The notes under the pieces were generated by a model. It made no database searches. It was not told where the DNA came from and saw only the letters and a program-made list of their open reading frames with translations. DNA of 63,588 nt, the filler included, from Neolecta irregularis DAH-3 (lineage: Eukaryota), in NCBI GenBank assembly GCA_001929475.1. It is 7 parts of 7 records of this genome, joined end to end, with 100 filler letters (N's around TTAATTAATTAA, not from the genome) between each part and the next. Parts side by side here need not be neighbours in the genome. Positions count along the whole stretch, not along the records: positions 11,497 to 33,633 come from LXFE01000215.1; positions 33,734 to 48,427 come from LXFE01000216.1; 5 more parts are not named here. The stretch is one strand, 5' to 3'. The translations under genes and the position numbers were made by a program. Shown here piece after piece: positions 24,309 through 39,533 of this stretch (within the stretch, counting starts at the first letter, position 1; each line of letters opens with the position of its first letter).

Positions 24309-25208
24309 ATGTTTCGCATGTCCCCCTTCATTCCTCTCGGATTGCTTTTCATTATGTGCGTTGCTGGTGATAGTACATCGTATGAAGGATCAGAGGATGG
24401 GGTATGTGTGCTAATTAAAACTCAACTTCTGACACAACAGACAGGCCTGGACTCCCCCTTACATTCATTCGTGGTTTCATTAACACTCTCAATTCTTTCT
24501 GAACTTGGAGACAAAACGTTTATTATTGCCGCTCTTCTGGCTATGTCCAATCCCAGATTGTCTGTCTTTGCGGGGGCTTTCTGTTCGTTGATTATCATGA
24601 CAATTCTTTCCGCGATATTAGGACACAGCGTAACCGCTCTAATTCCCAAGAGTTTTACAAGTTCTCTCGCCGGATTGTTATTTCTTGTTTTCGCCTTTAA
24701 GCTATCCAGAGAAGCCAGAAAAATGAGGGGCGAGGAGATAATGGAAGAAATCCATGAAGTAGAACTGGAGCTTCAGGGAAGAGAAAGTTCTGATCTCGAA
24801 CATGGAGTTCAAGTTAGTCTAAGTTCAGATTCGTCATCAAAAATCTGGATATTCAACCGTGTCGCGGAAAGCCTTCGAAATCTCGCAGATATATTGTTTT
24901 CGCCGGTGTTTGTCCAGGCTTTTATCATGACGTTTCTCGGCGAATGGGGTGATCGCTCTCAAATCGCGACTATCGCAATGGCTGCAGGTCAGGATTATTA
25001 TTGGGTTATTATGGGGACAGTTTGTGGTCATGGGCTTTGTACAAGTATTGCAGTTCTTGGAGGACGATTGGTCGCGAGTAAGATCAGCGTGAGGACTGGT
25101 AGCTTTCAGTTTCTAAAACAAGTGACTCACGAGTTAGTTACGATGGGAGGTGCAGTTATGTTTGCCCTTTTCGGTATCATATACTTATACGACGGATTTT
25201 CTCTTTAA
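24309..25208 (+). CDS. GDT1: GDT1/TMEM165 (UPF0016) Ca2+/Mn2+ transporter
   Basis: Two UPF0016 motifs (SELGDKT, GEWGDRSQ). Two 39-nt in-frame introns. Confidence 0.93.
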   Translation: MFRMSPFIPLGLLFIMCVAGDSTSYEGSEDGVCVLIKTQLLTQQTGLDSPLHSFVVSLTLSILSELGDKTFIIAALLAMSNPRLSVFAGAFCSLIIMTILSAILGHSVTALIPKSFTSSLAGLLFLVFAFKLSREARKMRGEEIMEEIHEVELELQGRESSDLEHGVQVSLSSDSSSKIWIFNRVAESLRNLADILFSPVFVQAFIMTFLGEWGDRSQIATIAMAAGQDYYWVIMGTVCGHGLCTSIAVLGGRLVASKISVRTGSFQFLKQVTHELVTMGGAVMFALFGIIYLYDGFSL

Positions 25209-25914
25209 TCGCCGCGTAATCTTCAATGGTTTTTCTTCATGGTGCTTTAGCGTTCATGTATCTATATTGCATCTATGACTCAACTTCATGAATGGAATAT
25301 ATCGCATAAGTAGAGCTCCTGCAGACCATACCCTGAAACTATTAATATGGAAATCTCAATGTAAATTTGCACTCACTACAGATTAATGCTAGTGCAGCTA
25401 GTTTTGATATCGAGCTCAAGTCGTACCGTAATACAACCCTTCCGCAATGAGTCGGTTTAGCAGGATTACTGTCTTTGATATTTATGAGACGAACGGGCCC
25501 AGAACTCTGATGTCTCATTGATGATATTTGATTCGTGCCTCAAAATTCCTCTGGCTCCACGCACCTTGTAGGGCATCGTTGGGAAACATCAATTGTATGA
25601 TAGCCATTGGCCAAGTGTTGCGATGTTCCCGTCGAGATACCAGAATTACATCTTTGACAAATCAAGATTGCGGTCTGCAATTCTGTTATGTCGGTGATTC
25701 TGTTTCTTTGCAAGAGAGAAATTTGCGAGGTGTAGCAGATCGTACAAATTTAGTTCATTGCATTTCCAACCTGACTGTCAATAAACAAGTTTAAGGCAAT
25801 AGTGCCGCATGATCGCAGAGGCTCAAATTCTGGTGCATAAATGAAAAGCAACAACCCTTGTGCCAGTGTTATTACTAGTATTTGAGACATACACATTAGA
25901 CAGATATATTTATT

Positions 25915-27308
25915 TTATAACCTTGCTTGACTGACAGGTTTCTCTTGGGTTAGGTCCAAAACAATTCTTCCTGTAACCTTGGACATTTTCAAGGCATCAA
26001 TGGCCTGAGGAAGCTTTGAAAAGGGTAAAAGATGATAGTAAGGCTTTACAATTCCACGAACAACATAGTCCAAGGCTTCATTGAGATATGTAGCTGTACC
26101 TACGAGAATGCTCCAATGATTAGACATTTGAAACAAGATATCTCGTACCCTTTTGTGGTAAACGCTGAGGTGGCGTAGGTAAAAACATCAATCTGCATAG
26201 TCCCATCTGGAGGAACACCTGCAACGACAACGGTTCCTCGAGGTCGAAGATATTCAAAAACATGTTCATAGGCGCTCGCGTGAGACGAAAAGACGATTAA
26301 AGCTTGGACACCGCCTGTGCTTAAGTTTCGGACTTGAGTGATATGGTCATCCGTCTTGTAGTCGATGAAATGATCAGCCCCCAAAGAAAGCACAAACTTG
26401 AAAAACGAACTCAGTAAAGGATCCTTCAATCGAGTCAATACCTTCCTTTTCATCTCCCCACCATCGACTGCGATGACACGATATCCCAAGGCTTTTGCAT
26501 ATTGTACACCAAGATGTCCAAGACCACCACCAGCGCCTGATATAGCCACCCATTGTCCTATAATCGATCAGACCTCATCAGGATAAAAGAGACCTGGAAG
26601 AACATCTAAATCTTTCAGAGCCGAGTATGACGTTAATCCGCCACACATTACAGGGGCTCTAGGAGTAAATCTATGTCATATAAACATGGAAGGCACGCGA
26701 GTGCGAGCGGAAGCTCTTTCGGAATCCTTGCTATATATTTTGCCTCCATAAATATCTTTTCAGGTGAGGGACTCGTACCTCAGCGATTGCATATTGCTGA
26801 TGTGCTCCTCCAACATGAACTCCAACAAATTTTGCTTTGAGACAACTGGCTATATTTTTTGTGAAGCAGTAATCACAACTGTCACAGGATCAATAAAAAT
26901 CAGCATGAATTTTATATCAAGGCACAAGAGCATACGAATAAAGTATGTGGATCCCGACTGGATCCCCCATTTCAATGTCGTGTACATCATCACCAATTTT
27001 AACGACCCGGCCAACCCCTTCATGGCCTGATATCAATGGATATGCACCTTGAGGCATGCTGCAATCTCCTTCAATGATATGGATATCTATGAGTCAATTT
27101 TGAATAGCATGGGGCCATTACCAGTGTGACATAAACCAGAGTATTCAATCTTGATCAATATTTCGCCTTTGCCTGGATTCGCAACGTCGATTTCTCGTAA
27201 TCTGAGTTTTCCGGGCTGATGTGTGATCCAAGCCTGCCAGCCTCAATCATGAGGAAATCGACAGGGCCATACAAATTGCGTTTTTGGAATGGATTTTATT
27301 TCATGCAT
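25915..27308 (-). CDS. Zinc-dependent alcohol dehydrogenase (MDR family)
   Basis: GLCHT|D, SGHEGVG, CDSCDYCFTKNIASC, APVMCGGLTSYSAL, ISGAGGGLGHLGVQYA, GRIVL. Eight introns. Confidence 0.92.
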
Positions 27309-27931
27309 CCTGTGTTTTTGAAGTATCTTGGATCGTCATCTGGATTTATAGCTGTTCAGGGGTGTACGATCACTGATAAGGAAAATTTACAAACTGGTCA
27401 ATTTACTTGGTTTTTCCAAGACCATATCGCAAGCCAGCTCCTGCTCACCCCTGTATCATATTTCGTGTCAGAATGTTATGAGCATCAGTGCGCCAAGGCT
27501 TAGCTAATCTGTTGAGATCTCTGCAACTGGGATATCGATAAAGTCAAGCTGTCCCTAGTAAAAGGCGTGAAAGTTTGGCATTCTTGTACGATGTCAACAA
27601 GTGCAACGAACATTTTAATGATCTAGTGGCGATTGAGTCAAGTTTAGAGATAAGAAGCGTTCTGACTAGTGACTTCAGTTCCAGTTTCTTGATTATGATC
27701 CAAATTTCATCGAATATGAATTGTAAGCACATCTGCTTTTACACGTGTAAATATCAAAGTGCCCAGAAAAGGTTCCAAAGATGAGTACTAGGAGCACCCG
27801 CTCGCTTGTTGTAAAGGAAAGTTTATCTTAGTTTTTAGGCGCTGATCGGCGCTTCGCACTTCAAGTTGTCACGCTAGCAATGGAGTTCCAGGGTACAGTC
27901 ACTTGGAAAAACAGGAAATTTACAATTGATG

Positions 27932-27961
27932 ACGTTTCTCATACGTTTCTCATACGTTTCT
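27932..27961 (+). repeat. 11-bp tandem repeat
   Basis: ACGTTTCTCAT, about 2.7 copies. Confidence 0.75.
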
Positions 27962-28039
27962 ATTCTGTTCATTTTTACTATAATACCGAAGAAAATAACC
28001 TTATAACATGAGATAGAAGGCTGTCAAAGAGATATAATA

Positions 28040-28084
28040 TTCCTCTCCCTTCAGGAAAATCTAATTTTCCTGAAGGGAGAGGAA
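28040..28084. repeat. Perfect 21-bp inverted repeat with a 3-nt loop
   Basis: TTCCTCTCCCTTCAGGAAAAT-CTA-ATTTTCCTGAAGGGAGAGGAA. Confidence 0.95.
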
Positions 28085-28933
28085 CAATATTGAAGTTACC
28101 AGGCACTTAGACGGGTTTCCTTCTTGAAATGAACAAATTGACAGGGAAATCGCTGGTGCTATAGTTATAATATATGTTGCATGGACTGATATATCAGGAC
28201 TTTGGCAGGCAGAGGAATATTAATAATAATTGAAGGAGAGGTATATAACGAGAGCTACGAGACTGGTTTGTAAAATATACGACACGGAGCATAAGAGAAA
28301 CATGTTATATATCCGAGTAGAATCTTAACCAATTCCATAAAAGGATTCACCAAATGATCTTGAGTAACAAGGAAAACGACTTAGGCTGCGTTTTGTGGTC
28401 ACCACCAAAAAATATCATTCTATTCTAAAACAGGGAATCGTGAATTCTTTGGTGGAAATTAACATGATGTGATATTCTTTTCGTGAAAATCTATCTAATC
28501 ATAGCGATTTTGGTATCGTTCAGCTCGTCTCGTCACACCCATTCTCCTCATGTTACGCGATAAGACGCTATGTAAATTCAAACCTTAAGGACGATTTCTT
28601 CACTCAATCAAAGGATAACTGATCCGTTTTACTCCAATCACAGCGATTTTACGTGTGGGGGGGCATAGAATGGGTGTAATCGTTCATTATAATGGAGTAG
28701 TTGTAGTTGAAAAGAAGTAGGTTGGCATCAGAGAAATCATGAAAAAAATAAACTGGTCGCGTCAAATATATTTGTAAAATTACGGTGTACCAAACGCGCC
28801 TGATATTACGTAATATCATACTATGGCCTACAAAACGCAGTCTTACATAATTGTAATATCAGGGGCGTCAATATCCTACTGGAGTAAATACCTCCATGAC
28901 TTGTGCACAACTCAAAGCTTTTATCCGATTTTA

Positions 28934-31817
28934 CTATTCAATTTCCTCAACTACGACTTCATCATCGTCATCCGATGCGATATCTGTCATATCCTCATCA
29001 TCAACACTTCCTTCCCGACTCAAAACAAAATCATGGTTTGGTTTGATGTATATTCTTCCATTCCGGACCGTAATCTCTGCGGTTTCTCCGTCTCGAATCT
29101 GTCCGCGAAGGATCATAACTGCAAGAGGGTTGAGTATTTCGTTTTGAATAAGTCGATTAAGTGGACGGGCGCCATAGATGGGGCTGTAACCGGCACTTCC
29201 AAGATTATCCTTCGCAGCGTCGTCCATGGTGATGTTTACTGCTCGCTGATTTTCAGCTAGTCGTTTCTGAACTTCCTGAATACGAACTTCGACAATTTTT
29301 CGAATCTCACGTTTGCTGAGTCTGTTAAACAAACAGATTGAGCTAATTCGATTCAGAAATTCGGGCTTGAAGAATTTTCGGATTGATTCCATAACGAGCT
29401 CTTTCGTTTGAGAATCTACCTTGGCAGAGTTCGACAGAGCAAGATACTCAGCGCCGAGATTCGAAGTCATGATAATGACCGCGTTCTTGCAATTGACTAC
29501 TTCGCCTTTTCCGGACGTAAGTCTTCCTTCATCAAGAACTTGAAGAAGAATATTGAGAACCTCCGGAGAAGCTTTCTCAATTTCATCGAACAGAACTACA
29601 CAGTATGGTTTTCGACGTAGCTGCTCGGTGAGTTGACCCCCTTCGTCGTGTCCTATGTAACCAGGTGGTGCACCGATAAGTCTAGATACTGAATGTTTCT
29701 CCATGTATTCCGACATATCGATACGAACCATGGCGCCTGCGTCATCGAATAAGAATTCCGCAAGAGTCTTACATAGAAGTGTCTTTCCAGTACCCGAAGG
29801 ACCCACAAACAATAAGCTTGCGATTGGTTGATTGGAATCTGCCAGACCGGACCTACTTGTTTGCCAAGTCATACGAGAGGCATACACACCTTGAGAGTCG
29901 AATTGAATTTGCAACAGCAGTTACAGCTTCCTTCTGGCCGACAACAGCCCTTCCGAGAACCTGTTCCATGTTTAAAAGTTTATCGATTTCGGTCTGCTTA
30001 AGTCTGGTAACCGGAATACCCGTCCACTTTGCAACAATGTCACAAATCTGATCCGGCCCAACCACGTCAGTGACTAATGGCGTAACTCCTGTAATTTCCA
30101 TTTGGGCGGCTGCCTCTGCATCGATTTGAGATTTCTGCCGTTCGAGAATTTCAATTCGTTTCTGAAGGTCTGGAATGCCGTAGTATGTTAGATCGGCCGC
30201 TGTTTGGAGATCCCCTCGCCGTTCTGCATCGGCAGCTTTGACTCGGAGTTCATCGAGCCGTTTTTTGGCTTTTTGAACTTCGTCGCCTCTTTGTTTTTCA
30301 AGCTCGTACTAGGTTATTAGCCAGAATCATTTGTGATAAGAAAGACGTACTTTCTCTTTCAGTGGGCGAAGTTCTTCCTCTAGGTTGGCTGCTTCCATTT
30401 TTGCAACTTCCAATCGGTCCTTGGAGATTTTATCCTTCTCCCGTTCGAGAGCGTGTATTTCAACCAGGACTCTCCGCAGATTCCTCTCCAAGACATCTAT
30501 CTGTTCCGGCTGACTATCTCTTGCGACTCGAACGCTTGCAGCAGCCTCATCAATCAAATCGATGGCAGAATCTGGAAGTCGTCGTGAGGTAAGATATCTT
30601 CCTGCCAGCTGAGCTGAAGTGACAAGGGCGGCATCTGCAATCGTGACACCATGATGAACTTCGTACTTCTCCTTCAATCCTCGAAGAATCGAGATTGTAT
30701 CCGGGATTGAAGGTTCTTTCACTTGAACTTGTTGGAAACGGCGTTCAAATGCAGCATCTTTCTCAATGAATTTCCGGTATTCTTTGATTGTCGTGGCTCC
30801 GATACAGTGAAGTTTACCTCTCGCAAGAAGAGGTTTAAGGAGATTTGCAGCGTCCATTCCGCCTTCCCCGGAGGCTCCAGCTCCTTGAAATTCAGAGGGA
30901 GAAGTTCATAATATGACATTTACCCATAAGAAGATGCATTTCGTCGACAAATAAAATAATCATATCGCTGGAATTTTCGATTTCCTTCAATACACTCTTG
31001 ATCCGTTCTTCGAATTCGCCGCGATATTTGCTTCCTGCGACTAGAGAACCGATATCAAGACTGAGGAGCTTTGTATTCTGAAGATTCGCGGGAACATCAT
31101 TGTCGACAATTCGCTGAGCAAGTCCTTCAGCAATTGCAGTCTTCCCAACACCGGGTTCGCCAATCAAGACAGGATTGTTCTTAGTTCTAGTAATTTAATT
31201 AACGGCTCTAGTTGATTGTCTTACCTTCTTGAAAGAATTCGGATAACTCTGCGTATCTCATCTTCCCTACCGATTGTGGGGTCCAAAGCACCTTCTCTGG
31301 CTTGAGCGGTAAGGTCGACGGTATATTTACTGAGCGCTTCGAATCCTTCCTCTGCAGATTTTGATTCGACTCTGCGATTTCCGCGCGTTGAGATAATGGA
31401 TTGCTCAAGAGCCTTTGGAGTAACACCAGCCTCAGTTAAAGCTTGTTTGATAATGTTATCTTCAGCGACGGCAGCAATGATGTGATCGACCGCAATAAAT
31501 GAGTCCTTTTGCTGTTTCTGCAGCTCAGCGGCGCGACGTAGAGTTTTCAGTGATGATGGAGAGAGAGCAACGCTTTCTGGTGGAGGGTCTTGTGAGGGTT
31601 GACGAACAAGCTGTTTTTTGATATTTCTTTCGGCGACAAGAGGATCTCCTCCTGCTTTTTGGATAATTGTTTTAAATAAGGAAGACCCGTCGTCGTCATT
31701 CAGTAGACTACACGCGATGTGGACTGGCATTATTTGCGGATGAGCATAGGCGGTCGCCATGTTATGCGACTCCTGGACGACCTTTTCAGCCTTTTCTGTG
31801 AATTTCAAATTATTCAT
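28934..31817 (-). CDS. HSP104: Hsp104 AAA+ disaggregase
   Basis: Clp N-domain, [40 protein letters not shown], acidic C-terminal tail. Four introns. Confidence 0.96.
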
Positions 31818-32058
31818 GATCGAGTGGTTGATCAGAATGAGGAAGATGGTGGTAGTTGTGTAGAAATCGAAGTAGTCGGCCAATGTTCCACAACTCCCCA
31901 GAAATCCTTGGAAATGCCCAACCACCGCTATATAACGTCATAATGTCTTATATTGGGAAATAATGTTTCAGTGTAGAGGACAAGAGAAAGTCAATTATAT
32001 TTCTATGTCAACACACAGTATTCAAAGGCCCCGTCACGAATACCATGCAAGTAAATAT

Positions 32059-32770
32059 TTAATAGCATCCTTTCACCCTTAGTTGGTGAATTTTCCATAA
32101 TGCAAGTAAAAGACTGAGAAATCCAGCAAAGCCCACTGGTACAACTCCAAAAACAGCGACTTCTTTCAGGTTCAGTTGTCGTTTCCGATCAGGCTCGCGA
32201 AAGACATTCGAAGTTATGTAATCTTGAATGGTATATGCCACTGTCAGAACCTAAGAAGTAAGAGCATATAATATATATGGAGTCATTGTGTACGCAAGAT
32301 ATCCCTATCCATGAGGGCAATAGAAATTCCTCATATCCAGATGATATTGTTGTTGTGATTCCGTTGGTGATGACACAGTTAAGAGCTGTCAGCGATAATA
32401 GCCGAATGATTGTGGCCTGGGGGGAGTACCGTACAAGCCTACACGATCAATCAAGATACCATGAAAGCTTATACCAACGGTCCAGCATTCCGTTCGCAAA
32501 CATAAAAAATAGATATCCGGCAACTGAGCACTATCTCGTGTCAACTCTGGTATTTCTTAAGAAACACACCCAAAGTAACGTGGTTACAACCTCCCAGAAT
32601 CCAGAGTCCGGTCGTTCCCCAGCGACAATTCTGGTGCCAATTTGATAGCATTGAAGATAACCAAGGAGACAGGGTACGATGGATGCAGTGCGACATAGAA
32701 AAATTGGAATATACCAGTGCGGCTTTTTTAGGAGAAGCCGAGATATGCGAGGATGCCTAGGATTGGGCAT
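32059..32770 (-). CDS. EOS1: EOS1-like ER membrane N-glycosylation protein
   Basis: LLW|CSVAGYL...LDRW|LVRYSPQATIIRLLSL...WIGISC|VLTVAYTIQDYITSN...RQLNLKEVAVFGVVPVG. Three introns; start uncertain. Confidence 0.8.
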
Positions 32771-33354
32771 TTAATTGACCGCAATTAGTGATGCATGAGG
32801 CGATCAGGGAGGATTGCAGGATTGCAGGATTTGTTGGATGAGAATGGAATGAGTCAAGGGCGGGAGAAGTGGTGAGAGAAGAATCCGTCTCTTCCAATAT
32901 ATTAATTTATCCAGGTGCTTTGTACTATAATGAGGCTAACTCGCTATTGAGTCGTCCACGTTGGGAATACAAAGATGAACATTAGAAAAACTATTTCATT
33001 TGTCGCGAATTTTTCAGCTCTGTTAAGAGAATGTAGGCCAGGTAAAGGGATTATTGAGCATTCAACATTCGGACAAAAAAGAATAAAGTCTAATAAAAAA
33101 AGGAATGTATTCTACATTCAATTCATTAATACTCCGCTTTGTTCGTCGACAGAAAATCTGCGGGAAGGTTCATCGTCATCTGTGAAGTGGAGTCCATTGG
33201 TGTAAGTGTTGGAGCTCGAGTACAAAAAGATCAGGTTATATTTCCTTAATCTAAGCTTGTGGACGTGTGAGCTTAGACTAAGATATGTGAGCGTAGCCTT
33301 TATGCACATTTCTATCTAATGCCCTTATTTCTTTATCTGCCACCTACTGTATTG

Positions 33355-33545
33355 GTATGGGTATATCCAGGTAATACCCGGGTATACCCTTACAAATTGC
33401 CAGCCGCCTGCTGGAAAAATATGACATGTGCACCCGCCGGAGCCTCTCTGGTGGGTGGGGCCTCTTAGGCCGGATTTTTATGACTCCCGTCTTCACTAAG
33501 AGATCCAACTACCCACCTGGAGAATGCTCTGGCAGGCTGTTAGGT
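33355..33545. repeat. GC-rich transposon-subterminal repeat family copy at a scaffold end
   Basis: Matches the reverse complement of 11498-11562 and motifs at 14050-14190. Confidence 0.65.
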
Positions 33546-33733
33546 TGTATGGCGGTTTGTTTCCTATATGTGATGCTTCTTCAAAGGTCCCCTTTTGATT
33601 TTCTTGTATTGAATTTGTTGGCAGACCATTAGTNNNNNNNNNNNNNNNNNNNNNNNNNNNNNNNNNNNNNNNNNNNNTTAATTAATTAANNNNNNNNNNN
33701 NNNNNNNNNNNNNNNNNNNNNNNNNNNNNNNNN

Positions 33734-35753
<2,020 letters not shown>

Positions 35754-37882
35754 TTTTGGTTCTCCGTGGTCAGTTACAGAGATGAGTGGTTGGTTTTAGT
35801 AGAGTGGTAAAAACCCCCCAACACTTATTTTCACCAATACTGTCTCACTTGAAAGAAATGCCCTTAATTAACTGTCTTTTGCCACCAATTCGCAAAATAT
35901 CCCTTATCCACTTGATTATTCTTTCTTTTGTTCAAAAGTTGTTTTTAAAGATTGGGTTTTTTAGATTTTCCTCTTTTTAGATTTTGCTGTGGAATGGGTT
36001 GTGATTATTTTCGATGACGGGTTTGATTTTAGCAGGTACCCCGTCGAGTGTTCATATGAATCAAAAGCACTTCTGATTCCCGGCGCTATCTTACATTCCA
36101 AATCTTTAGTCACTACGGGAACAATGCATGTCTGTTGAACTTTGTCTGCTGAATTTTGACGGGTCAGTTACATCGATAACCTCCAGGCGGCTCAATCTCA
36201 TCTTCTGAATGTATCAGCTATTCAATCGAAATGCACATCCGACTTTTCAATTGCAAAGATGTTTTTCCCCTTGTGATGAAAACGTTCGAATAAGCACCGA
36301 GACTAGGAACATTCTTTTAATGATGAGCCATTCATCCCGGCAAAATTGGTTCCGTCGTCTCTTTGCTGTCGCCTGCTGATCTGGAAACACACTTTAAACG
36401 TGCCGTTTACCGGTACCGGCATGCCCCGAGATGCCTAATTTCACAAGATAACAGCTCTGATTCAACTAGCATCTTCTAGCTTCATCATCGTCCCACACTC
36501 GGCGTGTTTCTTGAACTTGAGTCCACGGTACCGCTACCGCTGTGTCGTTTATACTAGTGTTGGATTTAAAGTTTACACAGACAGCTACACTGCTACCACT
36601 CCAAATCTCACAGATTCACGGCTAAAACAGCTTATCTAATAGTTACTGAAACTAAAATCGTTTATAAACTACAAACATTGTCAACTCGCTCGTATCATAA
36701 TACCCAAACAAACTCGATCTTGTTGAATTGCATCAAAAAACATGGCAACGTCCCTTTCATACTTTTTTGGTATTCCTTCAGCACAACTTGAACGCGGCAT
36801 GACTAGACAGATTAAACATATGAATTCAGCACGAATAAAGTTTGACCAATTAGTTGCGTCACATAAATGCGTCTATGCTTGAGTTTTGCACAATCACTAC
36901 ACCGGCTAATACCCCACTTGAAAAATTTGGATGGTTTGTTTGTAGATCAAATAGACTGCTGTGGAAATGGGTATGGAGCAAGTCATATCGTAAATTGGAC
37001 ATGCGTGTTGCAAAGTGATACCGTTCCTGTAAGATATGAGGCTCAAGTTACAGTAAAGATCAGAATATATTTCTAGCTTGAGTTACGAGAAACCTTGGCT
37101 AGGTATTCCGGTTTTCCACCTTATTATATACTTCTTTTAAATGCCGTAAATTTCTGCCGCCTCTTGACTGCATTGGCAAGGATATCCTTACATTGCCTCT
37201 TGATCCGTTAGCGCCGTCTTCACATGTTGCTGCAGACTGTCAACGACTCATCCGTCATTCGTCTATAGGAATGCTGCCAAATAGCGCTGATGTTCCATTC
37301 TATGGAAACCCGCCTGCAACGACGAGCTGGAATTCTCTAAAACTTTATCGATTCAAGTCTAGCGATATTTCAGGCTCCAATGGCTCGCTCTTACATGATA
37401 TTTGAAAGCATGTCCACGTAGATCAGTTTGTAGATTATCTACTGGTAGAACCGCTGCCCGTGAATTCTTACATTCCTTACCTTATGAGAAGCCCGTTTTG
37501 GTACCAATATGAACCTTGATCGCCAAATTTCATTCAGCTCGTCACACCAGGTGAGCCCACGGTCGTAAAGGAACTTATCTGACGTGTAATGCAAACCTAT
37601 GGCCATGGCCTGCTTGTGACACAGTTGTACAAGCGGGATTGCCGATGATCTCACAAACATGTTCAAACCCTGCTTGAAGACGTGACATTGCGCCTGTGAT
37701 TCAAAATTGGGCAGATATATCGCTCAAGTTCTGCTCGAAAGAAATAGAATAAGAATTCAAATCACAACACCGTCTGCCGCAAGGGGATATCCGCGTCTGT
37801 CGAGAATTTTCCTGATTCATAGCCTACGCCGCCGCCACATTGTTGTCTGCCAAAACATTTCCATATTTCAATTCCATTAGCA

Positions 37883-38979
37883 ATGTCTACCACTGGATCT
37901 AACTCAATCGATCTCAATACAGTACTTCAACAATTCTCTAATACAGCAAATTATGTCTCTCTGTTTCATTGTATCAATATTTATACCAGCAGTGTTGACT
38001 TCTAGTCAATTATTATTATTACATACCATCACTTCCTGCGGCTATCATATTCTTCCTTGGCTTTACATTCGTCTTGGCAGCGCTCATAATACAGTCAGTT
38101 CGGCATAAAGTATCCTATTTATATATCATCATCCTTGGAATTCTTGGTATCTCACATTTATTGCCCAAAATCTGAGTTTGAAGGTGAAACAGTAGGTTAT
38201 CTATCGCGAATACTTGGCTCTGGAAATCCATACAGCTATAGCGGCTGGGTCTCACAGTATGCCTTGGTTGTCCTTTGTCCAATTGCTTTTGCTGCTGGTA
38301 ATTACGTTATTTTTGGCCGTCTTTTGCGGATGATTGGTAAGCAGTATTCATTTTTTCCGGCAGAAAAGGTGACAATCGCCTTTGTTGCCAGTGATATTAT
38401 ATGCTTCCTGATTCAAGTTATTGGTGCAGTAATGCTACTAAAGAAAAATGCTAGGTTGAGAAAACCAGGGTTTGAAATCACTTGCTGTTTGCATGTACTG
38501 ACTTTTCGTTAGGAGAGACATACTTCTTTCGGGACTGGTATTGAATGTCATATCCTTCATATTTTTCCTTCTTCTCGTCACTGTTTTTGAGCGTCGAACT
38601 CGAAAATTACCAAGTCGACAAAACTGGATAATGTTAGTCTGGACCCTATACTTTTCAATGTCTCTCATCTTGGTATGCCCTTTCTTGCTTTATCAAATAA
38701 AAGCTGACATCTCGATAGCTACGGGGTATATTTCGGGTAGCTGAGTATTCGATAGGTTTTACGGGATATCTCGCTGTTCACGAGGGTATATTTCCTTCTT
38801 ATTATAAACCTGACAGACTCCTAGTCTTTTGGTATGTCTTTGATGCGCTTCCTATGATTTTTGCCACAGTCGTATGGAGTATTATTCCACCATATCGATA
38901 TCTCGAGCGAATTGATCAGAAACAAGATCTACCAAGTTCAAGGCCAACTAATAATGGGGAAATTGAGACCAAGACTTGA
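37883..38979 (+). CDS. RTA1-like membrane protein
   Basis: YYYIPSLPAA, ETVGYLSR, CPIAFAAGNYVIFGR, FVASDIICFLIQVIG, LRGIFRVAEY...GYLAVHE|VFWYVFDALPM. Five introns. Confidence 0.9.
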
Positions 38980-39468
38980 GATTGTTAACATTGGAAATAT
39001 TTGTATATAATCGGACTCCAGACAATACTGGGAATCCACTTGTGTAATAGCCTGACTTAATTGCCATTACTCAGCCCCTGCATGGGAGCGTTGTGTTATC
39101 TTAACCAAGCCTGGCGTCAAATTTTGTGTATGGTGATTGCATATGCCGATTTACTTGCCTGCTTTGGATGACGTGGGTAGGGCTCGCAGGATTGTGTGCC
39201 GAAATATCTATCGAAGATGTAAGAAATGTCCGATAAAGAAATCTAGCCACATTGGGCTGACTTCGTTACTCTGAATCGGGGTGACAGTTCTCTACTTGGA
39301 GTTTTAATTTGCTTGCTCTCTTTCTAAGGTTAGGCGAAACTATGTAACTAGTAAATTCACATTTCACGATTCATCCTGTTGGTTGATACATACTACTCTT
39401 GATTAATATTTGTACAATTTATGAGTCTAGTTGGGCTGGCATAATATGAGGCTTGTGATCAGTCGCCG

Positions 39469-39489
39469 TAGGGTTAACCCTAACCCTAA
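39469..39489. promoter_or_regulatory. TTAGGG/CCCTAA telomere-like motif cluster about 45 bp upstream of an ATG; possible Tbf1/Teb1-type site
   Basis: TAGGGTTAACCCTAACCCTAA. The regulatory role is inference. Confidence 0.35.
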
Positions 39490-39533
39490 GGCAGGATATT
39501 GATGCACAACCTCCACAAATTTCGAGGACTGTT

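Noticed and set aside
31860-31915. Heat-shock elements upstream of HSP104
   Set aside because: Only scattered nGAAn units with no clean triple inverted array, and they lie downstream of the apparent TATA.
37439-37666. ORF with AMAIGLH...EIWR, recalling a fungal transcription-factor middle domain
   Set aside because: Similarity too short and flanks not reconstructable; at most a decayed fragment.
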